Assembly: GCA_965178125.1 (NCBI GenBank)
Contig: OZ237766.1
Coordinates: 620,001-684,000, forward strand
DNA length: 64,000 nt
DNA from: Bilabrum cf. latius
Taxonomy: Eukaryota
Reading direction: 5' to 3'
The position numbers were made by a program, and so were the translations under genes. Below the pieces are notes generated by a model. That model was not told the DNA's origin. It was given only the letters and a program-made list of their open reading frames with translations, and did not search any database. Positions 36,714 to 49,868 of this stretch are shown in pieces. The stretch's first letter is position 1. Every line of letters begins with the position of its first letter.

Positions 36714-38183
36714 ATGGATGAACGTAAGCTTGGTTGTGCTACCCTAATGTGGCCGAAGGCAGCTGTTGGGGCAAGCGACAGCGGGGAGCAATCAGTTGCA
36801 GCGCTTAAAGCAGATCGGGATAAACCCGTGGTTGTACTGTTTGGATGGGTGGGTTGCGATGATAAGCACTTAAAGAAGTATGCAAAAGTTGTAGTGGAAT
36901 CTGTGGGGTACCCAACGGTGCGATCAGTGGTGCCCTCGAGCGTCGTGATGCTGCTGAATCTTGACGGCATCCGCCAGCAGGTGCTGGAGGTTCTACTCGC
37001 GACAAGCTAGAGCTTCCCGGGTCGGGCCATAGTCATGTACTGCTTTTCGAACGGGGGCTTCCTCCCATTTTTGCACTGCTGCCGACTGATGCGGGATGCT
37101 AGGACCGCTGCCCGGGTTGCATCAGAGGCCGTGGAACGCAAGAAGCTGACAAGCGGAAGTGGGAGCAAAAGCCCCCGCACCGGATGGGCAAAGCATGCAT
37201 CTCCCCGTGGTCCAGCCACGGCGCCGAATACGTTCGCCCCTGTGCTTCCGTCCCATTTCAAACGATGGGCCGACGTGGCGGCGGTATCGAAATTGCGGCT
37301 CGCCGGCGCCGCATTTGATTCGTGCCCGGCCCTCATGACGGCGGAATCGGGAGCACGAGCAGCCAGTGGCTCCATTCGGAGCCCGTGGCAGCGCAGCGCC
37401 GTGTATTGGGGCATGAGCTGCGTCATCCGGACTTGGATGGGATGCGGCGCGATGGGCTGCACAGCGCGGGGTGGATTCCCTGACCGATTCTGGGAGCAGG
37501 TGCGGAGGGTCCTGGCCGGGAGAGAGATGAAAGGTGTGACGAGTGGGCCGGGGGCCTACGGGTGGGCCGCGGGGCGGCGCCCGGGTGGGTCGGCGGGCGC
37601 GGCGGCTGGTGGTGCGGCCGGCCTGGGCATCATGGGGAGCAAGCGGCTGTCGGGGCGGGAGGTGTCGCGGCAGAGCAGGGAGCTATCGGAGGCGGAGCAA
37701 GTGCTAGGGGGTAACCGATCGGGGAGGCCTGGGGGCGCCGCGCGTCCACCTCGCGGGGGATAGGTTCCGCAGCCCGACCTCCTCGCCCCCCCGCTTGACG
37801 GCCCTGCCGACGACCCGGGGGTGCTTCTGGCCCCGGCTCTCTTCGTGTACTCCAAATCGGACCTTCTGACGGATTTCAGTGCGCTGGATGCAGCCGTCAG
37901 GGAGCGAGAGGGGGTCGGGATGGGAGATCGTGTGACGAGTGAGGGGCAGGGGAGCACCGGTGCAGCAGGCTCAGGGGCAGTACCGACTGATGCTTCTGTT
38001 GCTGCTCTTGTGGACCCGTTGCCCACGACAAGCGTCGTGTTTGATGACTCGCCGCACGTGGCTCACATGCGGACGTCTGAGAAGCTGTACGTCACTGCCC
38101 TCCGTCGCTTCCTGTCATCGAGGGAGGTGATGGAGAGGAGCAAAAGGGTTGCTGTGGAGGAGCTCGAGGAGGAGGAGGAGGAC

Positions 38184-38214
<31 letters not shown>

Positions 38215-38417
38215 ATGGGGAGGGGAGTGGATCGGATGGCATGTATTTCGATGACGGGAGGGAGGCACTGCCAGGGGCGGGTGGTGCAGGCGGAGATGTG
38301 CATGACTCGGAGGAGAGCGGGGGAGGGGAGACCGACGGCGCTGGGGGGGATATGCGGTAGAGGAAGGGGCGACAAGGGGGCAGCACGAGGGCCAGGGGCC
38401 AAGGGGCTAAGCTGTGA
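36714..38417 (+). CDS. TMEM53/DUF829-like alpha/beta-hydrolase-fold protein (~567 aa); 3 in-frame TAG
   Basis: VVVLFGWVGCDDKHLKKY, FSNGG, FDSCP, LFVYSKSDLL and FDDSPHVAHMR are the DUF829 motif series. They are spread over three same-frame ORFs joined by TAG 37008 and 37761. TAG 38358 is read through to TGA 38415-38417. Confidence 0.85.
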
Positions 38418-38518
38418 CGAGTGTAAATGCTGCAGCAAGCATGTTGTGTGTTTGCACTGCGGTGCACTGTATTGCATTGCATGATTGAACCATCTAAACC
38501 ATGCCACACCGACTCTGC

Positions 38519-41332
38519 TCAGGTCCTCTTAAACGCCTCGTTCAGCGCCTGCATGGCCTTCCCCGCGATGGCACCATCCTTGACCCTGAACATGAACGAC
38601 TTCACCTGGGTCTCCTCCCCCTCCTGCACTGCCAGGGACAGGCTCACGACCTCGCTGGTCTTACCGGGCTTCTTCCCGGGCCTGCTGGTGTGGGTCGGGG
38701 CCAGGCCGGGCACAAGGGCGCCATTGACCATCACCTTCTCGCGGTTCTGTAGCTGTACCACGAACAGGACGCGCGACCTTTCCTTGCCCCCTCCCAGCGC
38801 GGCGGGCACTTTGGTCACCCTCAGCGCCCCTTTGCCCATGCTCTGCATGGCCCCGTCCTCCATCCTGTAGCACACGCTGCGCACGTCCAGCTCCTCGGTC
38901 TCTCCATCCAGTAGGGGGGCTCGCTCTATCTCCTCCTCCCCCTCTAACTACACCTCCTCGCCATCGCCTTTCTTCTTCTGCTCGCCTCCAGGGCCAGAGC
39001 CACTAGACCCAGAGGTGGAGAAGGACACGACGCCGCCGAAACCGCCGCTGCTGTCTCCCGCCCCACTTTCGCCACCCTGGCCCGAGGACCCCGCCGAGCT
39101 GTCCGCGAACACCAGGCCGCCAGCAGCCGCCGCACTGCTGGAGCCACCGAACCCATCCGCGCCGCCATCACCACCGCCACCGCTGCTCGCAGCGCCGAAA
39201 CCGTCACCGCCCCCGGTGCCCCAGGGATCCGAAGCAGCGCCCTCGCCCCCCCCGGTGCCAGAGGATCCGGAGCCAGAACCCCACGGGTCGGCTGTGTCGT
39301 CACCCCCGGCAGCAGATGCGGGAGCAGGCGCGCCCCAGGGGTCGTCCACTGGTGCTGGGGCCGGGGCCGGGGCTGGGGCTGGGGCAGCAACGGGTGCTGG
39401 CGCTGGTGCAGGTGCTCCAATGTCCCAGGGGTCCTTGGGTTCATCCCCCCCCTGGGCGGGGGCAGGGGCGGGTGCACCCCAGGGGTCGGCGGGGGCGTCT
39501 GCCCCTGTGTCACCATCCTGTGCGCTTACTCCCCATGGATCCTAGGCGGAATTGCCACTTTGGCCACCAGCCTCTGCCTGTGATGCAGTGGGATTGGTAT
39601 CCCCCCAATCAGCGGACCCCGCCCCCGCCCCCTCGCCCTCGCCCGCAGCCGACTTAGTCTCTGACTCAGCGGCAGCACCTGCACTCCCCCAAACATCTCC
39701 GAACGCATCCTGGGCTGAAGGCGCCGAGGAAGAGCTCTCTGCACCACCATGCGATGCATCCGTACCAAACCCAGCGAACGCATCGGCACCTGCACTGGCA
39801 CCTGCACCATCAGATGGTTCCGATGCAGCAGGGGCAGGGGCAGGTGCTGGGGCAGCGGCCGCAGCAGATCCAAACCCGAAATCATCATTGCCCTCCTTCT
39901 TGCCCGACTGGGCCTGCCCCCACAGATCACCATCGGCGGTGCCAGCCTGCTGCTCATTCGTCTCCTGCCCATTCGTCACCTTCCCCTTGTCGTCTTCCTC
40001 CTCCTCCTCCCCACCATGACTCGTACCAGTTGGCTTGGCCTCTGCACCACCGTGCGATGCATCTGAGCCAGTTGCTGCACCCGCGAACGAGGCTCCCCAA
40101 TCGTCGCTTGTTCCCTGTGATTCACTTGTTCCCTGGACATCCGCCCCTCCCGTGGTGCCATCGGCGGAACCCTCCTTCCCGAACTCAACGGATAGCCCTC
40201 CACTGTTCCCCGCGTTCAGGCCACCTTGCTGCTTCATTTCCTGCTGCTCCTTTGCTTTGGCCTTGGCTCCCTCTCCCTCGATCACGTCCGCCCACGCGCT
40301 CTGGGCACTGGCCTGGGGATCTTGAGCGGAAGATGACGCACCTGCGTGCGATGCACTCCCCGCCCCCACGCTAACTCCCCCCCCGAGGATCCCATCGGCA
40401 TACCTCAGGTACTTGATCATTTGGGGCCTCCAGTCCGCCGACAGGTCGCCCCCGCCCGCCCGCCGCACCACCCACTGCACCAACGCCCGATTCAGGGCCT
40501 CCACCTCCGCGCGCTGCTGGTCAGTCACCCGGCGCGGGGGCAGGGGGCTCGATGACGAGTGTGACGAGTGCGATGCACGGCGGACGCCTGGCGTTGCCAG
40601 TCGCCGGCTGGCCCCTGCCCTCTGGCCGGAAAACACGAACCTGCCGTCATTTCTGGCTCCAGATCCCCCGCTGGTGTTGCTCCCTGGCGTGTGTGCGTCG
40701 AAAGAAGAATCGGCTCCGAGCCGGTCTTCACCCTGGCCCTGCGCGGCGGTGTGGTCCAGCACGGCCGACCGGTCCAGGCCCCGGAGCTGCGCGGCGGCGT
40801 CACCACCTGCATAGCGGGCTGCTCCGGCGCCGCTGGACGATGAAGCTGACGATGATACAGCAGTGGCAGCAGCAGCGTTCGAAGAAGACGATGATGTCGC
40901 GGCTGCCAGCCCGGCGAGGGCGGCGGCGCCCGTGGGGTACGGCGTGTGCCCGGCATCGGCGGCAACTGGGGCGCCATTATCATCGTCGCCAGTAAAACTA
41001 GCGTCAATATGCAGTTTGCCGGAACCATCGTTTCCGGAATTCCAGTCAAAGCCTCCAGAATGGCTAGACTTGGCGGGGACAGATTCAACCGCGCCGAAAG
41101 CAACCCTGGGCTTGCTGCCGCCCGCTGCTCCGAGAGAGGACGTACTGCTAGCCGCAACGGATGACTGCACGGCACCTTTGTTTTTCCTCCTGAAGATCCG
41201 GCGCGGCTTGCGCCGCTCTCCCGATACCATCCCAACCTTGTGGCCGCCTCTCGTGTCCTCCGAGTCTTCCATCATGATGGTGCCATCATCGCGCTTCTCC
41301 AATCTGCCACCTCTACGCTTAGAGCCTAGCAT
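38519..41332 (-). CDS. NUP50: NUP50/Nup2-like nucleoporin (937 aa) with C-terminal Ran-binding (PH-like) domain
   Basis: Basic N-terminus (KRR...RRIFRRK); central ALNRALVQWV...DWRPQMIKYLRYA resembles the Nup50 conserved helix; FG/WG-containing linker; RanBD-like C-terminus (GKGALRV...RVLFV...GKVMVN-like EKVMVNG...FMFRVK). TAG at 39544 and 38950 joins three ORFs; TGA stop. Confidence 0.72.
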
Positions 41333-41581
41333 TATATAGTGGTATCACAATGGCTATATCTTCCGCGCTAAGTAGGCTAGTGTTTTGCCGAATTTGCGCT
41401 ATAACAGCACCTTGGGTTCGGGCGGCTCGCAATCGTCACATCTCGGGACACCATGCTTACTTTCCCGCGACCTTTGCAAGTGCCTTCAGTGCCCCAGTCC
41501 GACCGTAGCCATCCGCTGTTCCTCCACCCGACACCGAGAAGAGCGAAACCAAAGTGGGAACGCACACGGACACGATGGCCG

Positions 41582-41614
41582 TCCATCCATCCATCCATCC
41601 ATCCATACATACAT
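41582..41614 (+). repeat. (CCAT)n/(ACAT)n microsatellite abutting the left edge of the tandem array
   Basis: tccatccatccatccatccatccatacatacat. Confidence 0.9.
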
Positions 41615-41667
41615 CACGACATGCTGCTTAGACCTAGACCGGCGCTACCACGCCCATGACACACTCG

Positions 41668-43038
41668 TCACACCTCTGGCAGATCCTCGCACAGCATCAG
41701 AGGATCCTCTCGGATCTCCCCCAGCACACCCAACGCATCCCCCACAGCCACCTCCCAGCAGCCCCTCCCACCGCCATCCCGCCGCTTCAGGTACCAGTCC
41801 GCATCCCGCACGCCGTGCGCCAGTGCCAGCACGCACTCCCCATGGCCTCCAGCACACGCAGCTGTCAGCGCGTTCCAGCCCGCCCCATCCACTGCCTCGT
41901 GCCCCCCCGCCAGCCTGCCCAGCCTCAGCCGCTTGCCCAGCTCCATGGGCCTGCCCTCGCTGGCCATCTGCATCACCAAGCCAGCGTCCCTGTGCGCGTC
42001 ATGGGCGTGTCTCCAGTGCAGCATGTGTCTCATCCTGCGCCTGAACGGGTTGTAGTACTGCACGCCCCTGAGCTCTCGAGGGTCCGAATCCCGGAAGAGC
42101 GCCTCGAGCAGCTTGGGCGGGTCATAGCCGTGCTTTCGGATCGCCTCAATCAGAACCGCCACGGATGATAAGGGTCTGTAGTGTCTTCTTGCCATCATTT
42201 CCTGCACCCACTGCAATGTAGATATCATGTAGTCTGTTGGGTATAGTCCCTCCTCTCGCTTCAACCCAGAGTGGAGGATGGCAGCCATCTGCAGAGGAGT
42301 ACCGTATACATTCCAATGCTCGGGCCATGCCCGTAGGGAAGCGCTCAATGATGTAACGATCAAGCTCCCATCCATGAAACCATCCTGCGATGGCAGATCA
42401 ACTCATGACAACACAGTATAGCTGTCTTCGCGCCACACAAATCCATCAATTTCGACTGGCGGCGCGCCTCGTACACTACAAAGCCAAGCTTACGTGGACA
42501 TGGAGACGATATTTCCTCTTCATGAATAGATACAGCTCAAGGGTTCGCAAAAGATACCGGCTGCGCATAGTGTGGTTCGAGTACGCATTGCTGCGTTCAT
42601 CAGACCTCTCGGCCTTGCAGTCAGTGGTTGCATCTCCATCCGCTCGAGCCTGGACCTTTGCCTGGTGCTTCCTAGATTCTACGAGGTGCTACGAATTCAA
42701 GGCGAGCTCGTGCATGGCTTTCGGACAGGTGTTGCCGAGACGGTACTGGATCAGCTCCCTGTCGACATACTCCCTATTCTGCGGCAAAGCTCCTGATTTT
42801 GTACGTCATCAACTGTGTGTGACAGTTGTAGTCTATGCCACTGCACTGGATGGAATCCCACATGTAAACTCACAGTGTCCGCCACAATCAGGCGTGAAAT
42901 AGGTCGTGAGCAATCTGCAACTGCGTCGGAGCATGCTTCCAGACGTAGTCTAGTGCAGTCTCGACCGCTGGATCGAAGCAGAGCCTGCACAGTAGTATAC
43001 AGTATCTCCTGGACGGTCCTATCTGACGAGTAATCCAT
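41668..43038 (-). CDS. ankyrin-like repeat protein, array copy 1 (388 aa; exons 43038-42874, 42778-42494, 42384-41668)
   Basis: Starts MDYSSDRT...; phase-0 introns GTGAGT...CCGCAG and GTAAGC...TCGCAG; one in-frame TAG in exon 2; C-terminal VDGAGWNALTAACAGGHGECVLAL is ankyrin-like; TGA stop. Confidence 0.72.
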
Positions 43039-43314
43039 GGTTCTGGTGACGATTCCAGACGAACCCACTTGCGACCAGGTACGATGAAGCGACCGCCACT
43101 AGGCCTTGTGGGCCGCACAGCAGAATCTTGTCACTTTCAGAGTTCGATTGAAGCCTCCAGGAGTCGCCAGTGATCATGATGGTAACGGTATGCCTTCTTG
43201 GCCTACTCGCGTGTTGCCTAGCCAATGGCGCAGCAAAGCAAGCCCCCTCCGCCGAAACAGGCACGACCTGCTGTTTGGACCTAGACCGGCGCTACCATGC
43301 CCATGACACACTCG

Positions 43315-44673
43315 TCACACCTCTGGCAGGTCCTCGCACAGCATCAGAGGATCCTCTCGGATCTCCCCCAGCACACCCACCGCACCCCCCACAGCCACCT
43401 CCCAGCAGCCCCTCCCGCCGCCATCCCGCCGCTTCAGGTACCAGTCCGCATCCCGCACGCCATGCGCCAGTGCCAGCACGCACTCCCCATGGCCTCCAGC
43501 ACATGCAGCTGTCAGCGCGTTCCAGCCCGCCCCATCCACTGCCTCGTGCCCCCCCGCCAGCCTGCCCAGCCTCAGCCGCTTGCCCAGCTCCATGGGCCTG
43601 CCCTCGCTGGCCATCTGCATCACCAAGCCCGCGTCCCTGTGCGCGTCATGGGCGTGTCTCCAGTGCAGCATGTGTCTCATCCTGCGCCTGAACGGGTTGT
43701 AGTACTGCACGCCCCTGAGCTCTCGCGGGTCCGAATCCCGGAAGAGCGCCTCGAGCAGCCTGGGCGGGTCATAGCCGTGCTTTCGGATCGCCTCGATCAG
43801 AACCGCCACGGATGATAAGGGTCTGTAGTGTCTTCTTGCCATCATTTTCTGCACCCACTGCAATGTAGATATCATGAACTCTGTTGGGCACAGTCCCTCC
43901 TCTCGCTTCAACCCAGAGTGGAGGATGGCAGCCATCTGCAGAGGAGTACCGTATACATTCCAATGCTCGGGCCATGCCCGTAGGGAAGCGCGAATTGCTA
44001 TTGAGATCAAACGCGAATCTATGAAACCATCCTGCGATGGCAGATCAATTCATGACAACACAGTATAGCTGTCTTCGCGCCACACAAATCCATCAATTTC
44101 GACTGGCGGCGCGCCTCGTACACTACAGAGCCAAGCTTACATGGACATGGAGACGATATTTCCTCTTCATGAACAGATGCAGCTCAAGGGTTCGCAAAAG
44201 ATACCGGCTGCGCATAGTGTGGTTCGAGTACGCATTGCTGCGTTCATCAGACCTTTCGGCCTTGCAGTCAGTGGTTGCATCTCCATCCGCTCGAGCCTGG
44301 ACCTTTGCCTGGTGCTTCCTAGATTCTACGAGGTGCTACGAATTCAAGGCGAGCTCGTGCATGGCTTTCGGACAGGTGTTGCCGAGACGGTACTGGATCA
44401 GCTCCCTGTCGACATACTCCCGATTCTGCGGCAGAGCTCCTGATTTTGTACGTCATCAAATTGTATCCTATGCCACTGCACTGGAAAAAATCCCACATGT
44501 AAACTCACAGTGTCCGCCACAATCAGGCGTGAAATAGGTCGTGAGCAAACTGCAACTGCGTCGGAGCATGCTTCCAGACGTAGTCTAGCGCAGTCTCGAC
44601 CGCTGGATCGAAGCAGAGCCTGCACAGTAGTATACAGTATCTCCTGGACGGTCCTATCTGACGAGTAATCCAT
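43315..44673 (-). CDS. ankyrin-like repeat protein, array copy 2 (variant IDSRLISIAIR)
   Basis: Same three-exon structure and splice sites as copy 1. Confidence 0.7.
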
Positions 44674-44949
44674 GGTTCTGGTAATGATTCCAGACGAACC
44701 CACTTGCGACCAGGTACGATGAAGCGACCGCCACTAGGCCTTGTGGGCCGCACAGCAGAATCTTGTCATCTTCAGGGTTCGATTGAAGCCTCCAGGAGTC
44801 GGCAGTCATCATGATGGTAACGGTATGCCTTCTTGGCCTACTCGCGTGTTGCCTAGCCAATGGCGCAGCAAAGCAAGCCCCCTCCGCCGAAACAGGCACG
44901 ACCTGCTGTTTGGACCTAGACCGGCGCTACCATGCCCATGACACACTCG

Positions 44950-46320
44950 TCACGCCTCTGGCAGGTCCTCGCACAGCATCAGAGGATCCTCTCGGATCTC
45001 CCCCAGCACACCCACCGCACCCCCCACAGCCACCTCCCAGCAGCCCCTCCCGCCGCCATCCCGCCGCTTCAGGTACCAGTCCGCATCCCGCACGCCGTGC
45101 GCCAGTGCCAGCACGCACTCCCCATGGCCTCCAGCACATGCAGCTGTCAGCGCGTTCCAGCCCGCCCCATCCACGGATTCGTGCCCCCCAGCCAGCCTGC
45201 CCAGCCTCAGCCGCTTGCCCAGCTCCATGGGCCTGCCCTCGCTGGCCATCTGCATCACCAAGCTCGCGTCCCTGTGCGCGTCATGGGCGTGTCTCCAGTG
45301 CAGCATGTGTCTCATCCTGCGCCTGAACGGGTTGTAGTACTGCACGCCCCTGAGCTCACGCGGGTCCGAATCCCGGAAGAGCGCCTCGAGCAGCTTGGGC
45401 GGATCATAGCCGTGCTTTCGGGTCGCCTCAATCAGAACCGCCACGGATGATAGGGGTCTGTAGTGTTCTCTTGCCATCAATTCCTGCACCCACTGCAATG
45501 TACTTATCATGTACTCTGTTGGGCACAGTCCCTCCTCTCGCTTCAACCCAGAGTGGAGGATGGCAGCCATCTGCAGAGGAGTACCGTATACATTCCAATG
45601 CTCGGGCCATGCCCGTAAGGAAGCGCTCAATGATGTAACGATCAAGCTCCCATCCATGAAACCATCCTGCGATCGCAGATCAACTCATGACAACACAGTA
45701 TAGCCGTCTTCGCGCCACACAAATGCATTAATTTCGACTGCTTGCGCGACTCGTACACTACAGAGCCAAGCTTACATGGACATGGAGACGATATTTCCTC
45801 TTCATGAATAGATACAGCTCAAGGGTTCGCAAAAGATACCGGCTGCGCATAGTGTGGTTCGAGTACGCATTGTTGCGTTCATCGGACCTTTCGGCCTTGC
45901 AGTCAGTGGTTGTATCTCCATCCGCTCGAGCCTGGACGTTTGCCTGGTGCTTCCTAGATTCTACGAGGTGCTACGAATTCAAGGCGAGCTCGTGCATGGC
46001 CTTCGGACAGGTGTTGCCGAGACGGTACTGGATCAGCTCCCTGTCGACATACTCCCTATTCTGCGGCAGAGCTCCTGATTTTGTACGTCATCAACTGTGT
46101 GTGACAGTTGTAGTCTATGCCACTGCACTAGATAGATTCCTACCTGTAAACTCACAGTGTCCGCCACAATCAGGCGTGAAATAGGTCGTGAGCAAACTGC
46201 AACTGCGTCGGAGCATGCTTCCAGACGTAGTCTAGCGCAGTCTCGACCGCTGGATCGAAGCAGAGCCTAGACAGTAGTATACAGTATCTCCTGGTCGGTC
46301 CTATCTGACGAGTAATCCAT
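44950..46320 (-). CDS. ankyrin-like repeat protein, array copy 3 (variant MDGSLIVTSLS; codon 18 = TAG)
   Basis: Same structure as copy 1. Confidence 0.7.
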
Positions 46321-46597
46321 GGTTCTGGTGACAATTCCAGACGAACCCACTTGCGACCAGGTACGATGAAGCGACCGCCACTAGGCCTTGTGGGCCGCAC
46401 AGCAGAATCTAGTCACTTTCAGGGTTCGATTGAAGCCTCCAGGAGTCGGAAGTCATCATGATGGTAACGGTATGCCTTCTTGGCCTACTCGCAAGTTGCC
46501 TAGGCAGTGGCGCAGCAAGGCAAGCAGCCCTCCGCCGAAACAGGCACGACCAGCTGTTTGGACCTAGACCGGCGCTACCATGCCCATGACACACTCA

Positions 46598-47956
46598 TCA
46601 CGCCTCTGGCAGGTCCTCGCACAGCATCAGAGGATCCTCACGGATCTCCCCCAGCACACCCAACGCATCCCCCACAGCCACCTCCCAGCAGCCCCTCCCG
46701 CCGCCATCCCGCCGCTTCAGGTACCAGTCCGCATCCCGCACGCCGTGCGCCAGTGCCAGCACGCACTCCCCATGGCCTCCAGCACACGCAGCTGTCAGCG
46801 CGTTCCAGCCCGCCCCATCCACTGCCTCGTGCCCCCCCGCCAGCCTGCCCAGCCTCAGCCGCTTGCCCAGCTCCATGGGCCTGCCCTCGCTGGCCATCTG
46901 CATCACCAAGCCCGCGTCCCTGTGCGCATCATGGGCGTGTCTCCAGTGCAGCATGTGTCTCATCCTGCGCCTGAACGGGTTGTAGTACTGCACGCCCCTG
47001 AGCTCTCGCGGGTCCGAATCCCGGAAGAGCGCCTCGAGCAGCCTGGGCGGGTCATAGCCGTGCTTTCGGATCGCCTCAATCAGAACCGCCACGGATGATA
47101 AGGGTCTGTAGTGTCTTCTTGCCATCATTTCCTGCACCCACTGCAATGTACTTATCATGAACTCTGTTGGGCACAGTCCCTCCTCTCGCTTCAACCCAGA
47201 GTGGAGGATGGCAGCCATCTGCAGAGGAGTACCGTATACATTCCAATGCTCGGGCCATGCCCGTAGGGAAGCGCGAATTGCTATTGAGATCAAACGCGAA
47301 TCTATGAAACCATCCTGCGATGGCAGATCAATTCATGACAACACAGTATAGCTGTCTTCGCGCCACACAAATCCATCAATTTCGACTGGCGGCGCGCCTC
47401 GTACACTACAGAGCCAAGCTTACATGGACATGGAGACGATATTTCCTCTTCATGAACAGATGCAGCTCTAGGGTTCGCAAAAGATACCGGCTGCGCATAG
47501 TGTGGTTCGAGTACGCATTGCTGCGTTCATCAGACCTTTCGGCCTTGCAGTCAGTGGTTGCATCTCCATCCGCTCGAGCCTGGACGTTTGCCTGGTGCTT
47601 CCTAGATTCTACGAGGTGCTACGAATTCAAGGCGAGCTCGTGCATGGCTTTCGGACAGGTGTTGCCGAGACGGTACTGGATCAGCTCCCTGTCGACATAC
47701 TCCCTATTCTGCGGCAGAGCTCCTGATTTTGTACGTCATCAAATTGTATCCTATGCCACTGCACTGGATAGAATCCTACCTGTAAACTCACAGTGTCCGC
47801 CACAATCAGGCGTGAAATAGGTCGTGAGCAAACTGCAACTGCGTCGGAGCATGCTTCCAGACGTAGTCTAGCGCAGTCTCGACCGCTGGATCGAAGCAGA
47901 GCCTGCACAGTAGTATACAGTATCTCCTGGTCGGTCCTATCAGACGAGTAATCCAT
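46598..47956 (-). CDS. ankyrin-like repeat protein, array copy 4 (variant IDSRLISIAIR)
   Basis: Same structure as copy 1. Confidence 0.7.
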
Positions 47957-48232
47957 GGTTCTGGTGACGATTCCAGACGAACCCACTTGCGACCAGGTAC
48001 GATGAAGCGACCGCCACTAGGCCTTGTGGGCCGCACAGCAGAATCTTGTCACTTTCAGGGTTCGATTGAAGCCTCCAGGAGTCGGCAGTCATCATGATGG
48101 TAACGGTATGCCTTCTTGGCCTACTCGCGTGTTGCCTAGCCAATGGCGCAGCAAAGCAAGCCCCCTCCGCCGAAACAGGCACGACCTGCTGTTTGGACCT
48201 AGACCGGCGCTACCATGCCCATGACACACTCG

Positions 48233-49591
48233 TCACGCCTCTGGCAGGTCCTCGCACAGCATCAGAGGATCCTCTCGGATCTCCCCCAGCACACCCACCG
48301 CACCCCCCACAGCCACCTCCCAGCAGCCCCTCCCGCCGCCATCCCGCCGCTTCAGGTACCAGTCCGCATCCCGCACGCCGTGCGCCAGTGCCAGCACGCA
48401 CTCCCCATGGCCTCCAGCACACGCAGCTGTCAGCGCGTTCCAGCCCGCCCCATCCACGGATTCGTGCCCGCCAGCCAGCCTGCCCAGCCTCAGCCGCTTG
48501 CCCAGCTCCATGGGCCTGCCCTCGCTGGCCATCTGCATCACCAAGCCCGCGTCCCTGTGCGCGTCATGGGCGTGTCTCCAGTGCAGCATGTGTCTCATCC
48601 TGCGCCTGAACGGGTTGTAGTACTGCACGCCCCTGAGCTCACGCGGGTCCGAATCCCGGAAGAGCGCCTCGAGCAGCCTAGGCGGGTCATAGCCGTGCTT
48701 CCGGATCGCCTCAATCAGAACCGCCACGGATGATAAGGGTCTGTAGTGTCTTCTTGCCATCATTTCCTGCACCCACTGCAATGTAGATATCATGTAGTCT
48801 GTTGGGCACAGTCCCTCCTCTCGCTTCAACCCAGAGTGGAGGATGGCAGCCATCTGCAGAGGAGTACCGTATACATTCCAATGCTCGGGCCATGCCCGTA
48901 GGGAAGCGCGAATTGCTATTGAGATCAAACGCGAATCTATGAAACCATCCTGCGATCGCAGATCAACTCATGACAACACAGTATAGCTGTCTTCGCGCCA
49001 CACAAATCCATCAATTTCGACTGGCGGCGCGACTCGTACACTACAGAGCCAAGCTTACATGGACATGGAGACGATATTTCCTCTTCATGAACAGATGCAG
49101 CTCTAGGGTTCGCAAAAGATACCGGCTGCGCATAGTGTGGTTCGAGTACGCATTGCTGCGTTCATCGGACCTTTCGGCCTTGCAGTCAGTGGTTGCATCT
49201 CCATCCCCTCGAGCCTGGACGTTTGCCTGGTGCTTCCTAGATTCTACGAGGTGCTACGAATTCAAGGCGAGCTCGTGCATGGCCTTCGGACAGGTGTTGC
49301 CGAGACGGTACTGGATCAGCTCCCTGTCGACATACTCCCTATTCTGCGGCAGAGCTCCTGATTTTGTACGTCATCAAATTGTAGTCTATGCCACTGCACT
49401 GGATGGAATCCCACATGTAAACTCACAGTGTCCGCCACAATCAGGCGTGAAATAGGTCGTGAGCAAACTGCAACCGCGTCGGAGCATGCTTCCAGACGTA
49501 GTCTAGCGCAGTCTCGACCGCTGGATCGAAGCAGAGCCTAGACAGTAGTATACAGTATCTCCTGGACGGTCCTATCTGACGAGTAATCCAT
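48233..49591 (-). CDS. ankyrin-like repeat protein, array copy 5 (variant IDSRLISIAIR; codon 18 = TAG)
   Basis: Same structure as copy 1. Confidence 0.7.
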
Positions 49592-49868
49592 GGTTCTGGT
49601 GACGATTCCAGACGAACCCACTTGCGACCAGGTACGATGAAGCGACCGCCACTAGGCCTTGTGGGCCGCACAGCAGAATCTTGTCACTTTCAGGGTTCGA
49701 TTGAAGCCTCCAGGAGTCGGAAGTCATCATGATGGTAACGGGATGCCTTCTTGGCCTACTCGCAAGTTGCCTAGGCAGTGGCGCAGCAAGGCAAGCAGCC
49801 CTCCGCCGAAAAAGGCACGACCAGCTGTTTGGACCTAGACCGGCGCTACCACGCCCATGACACACTCG

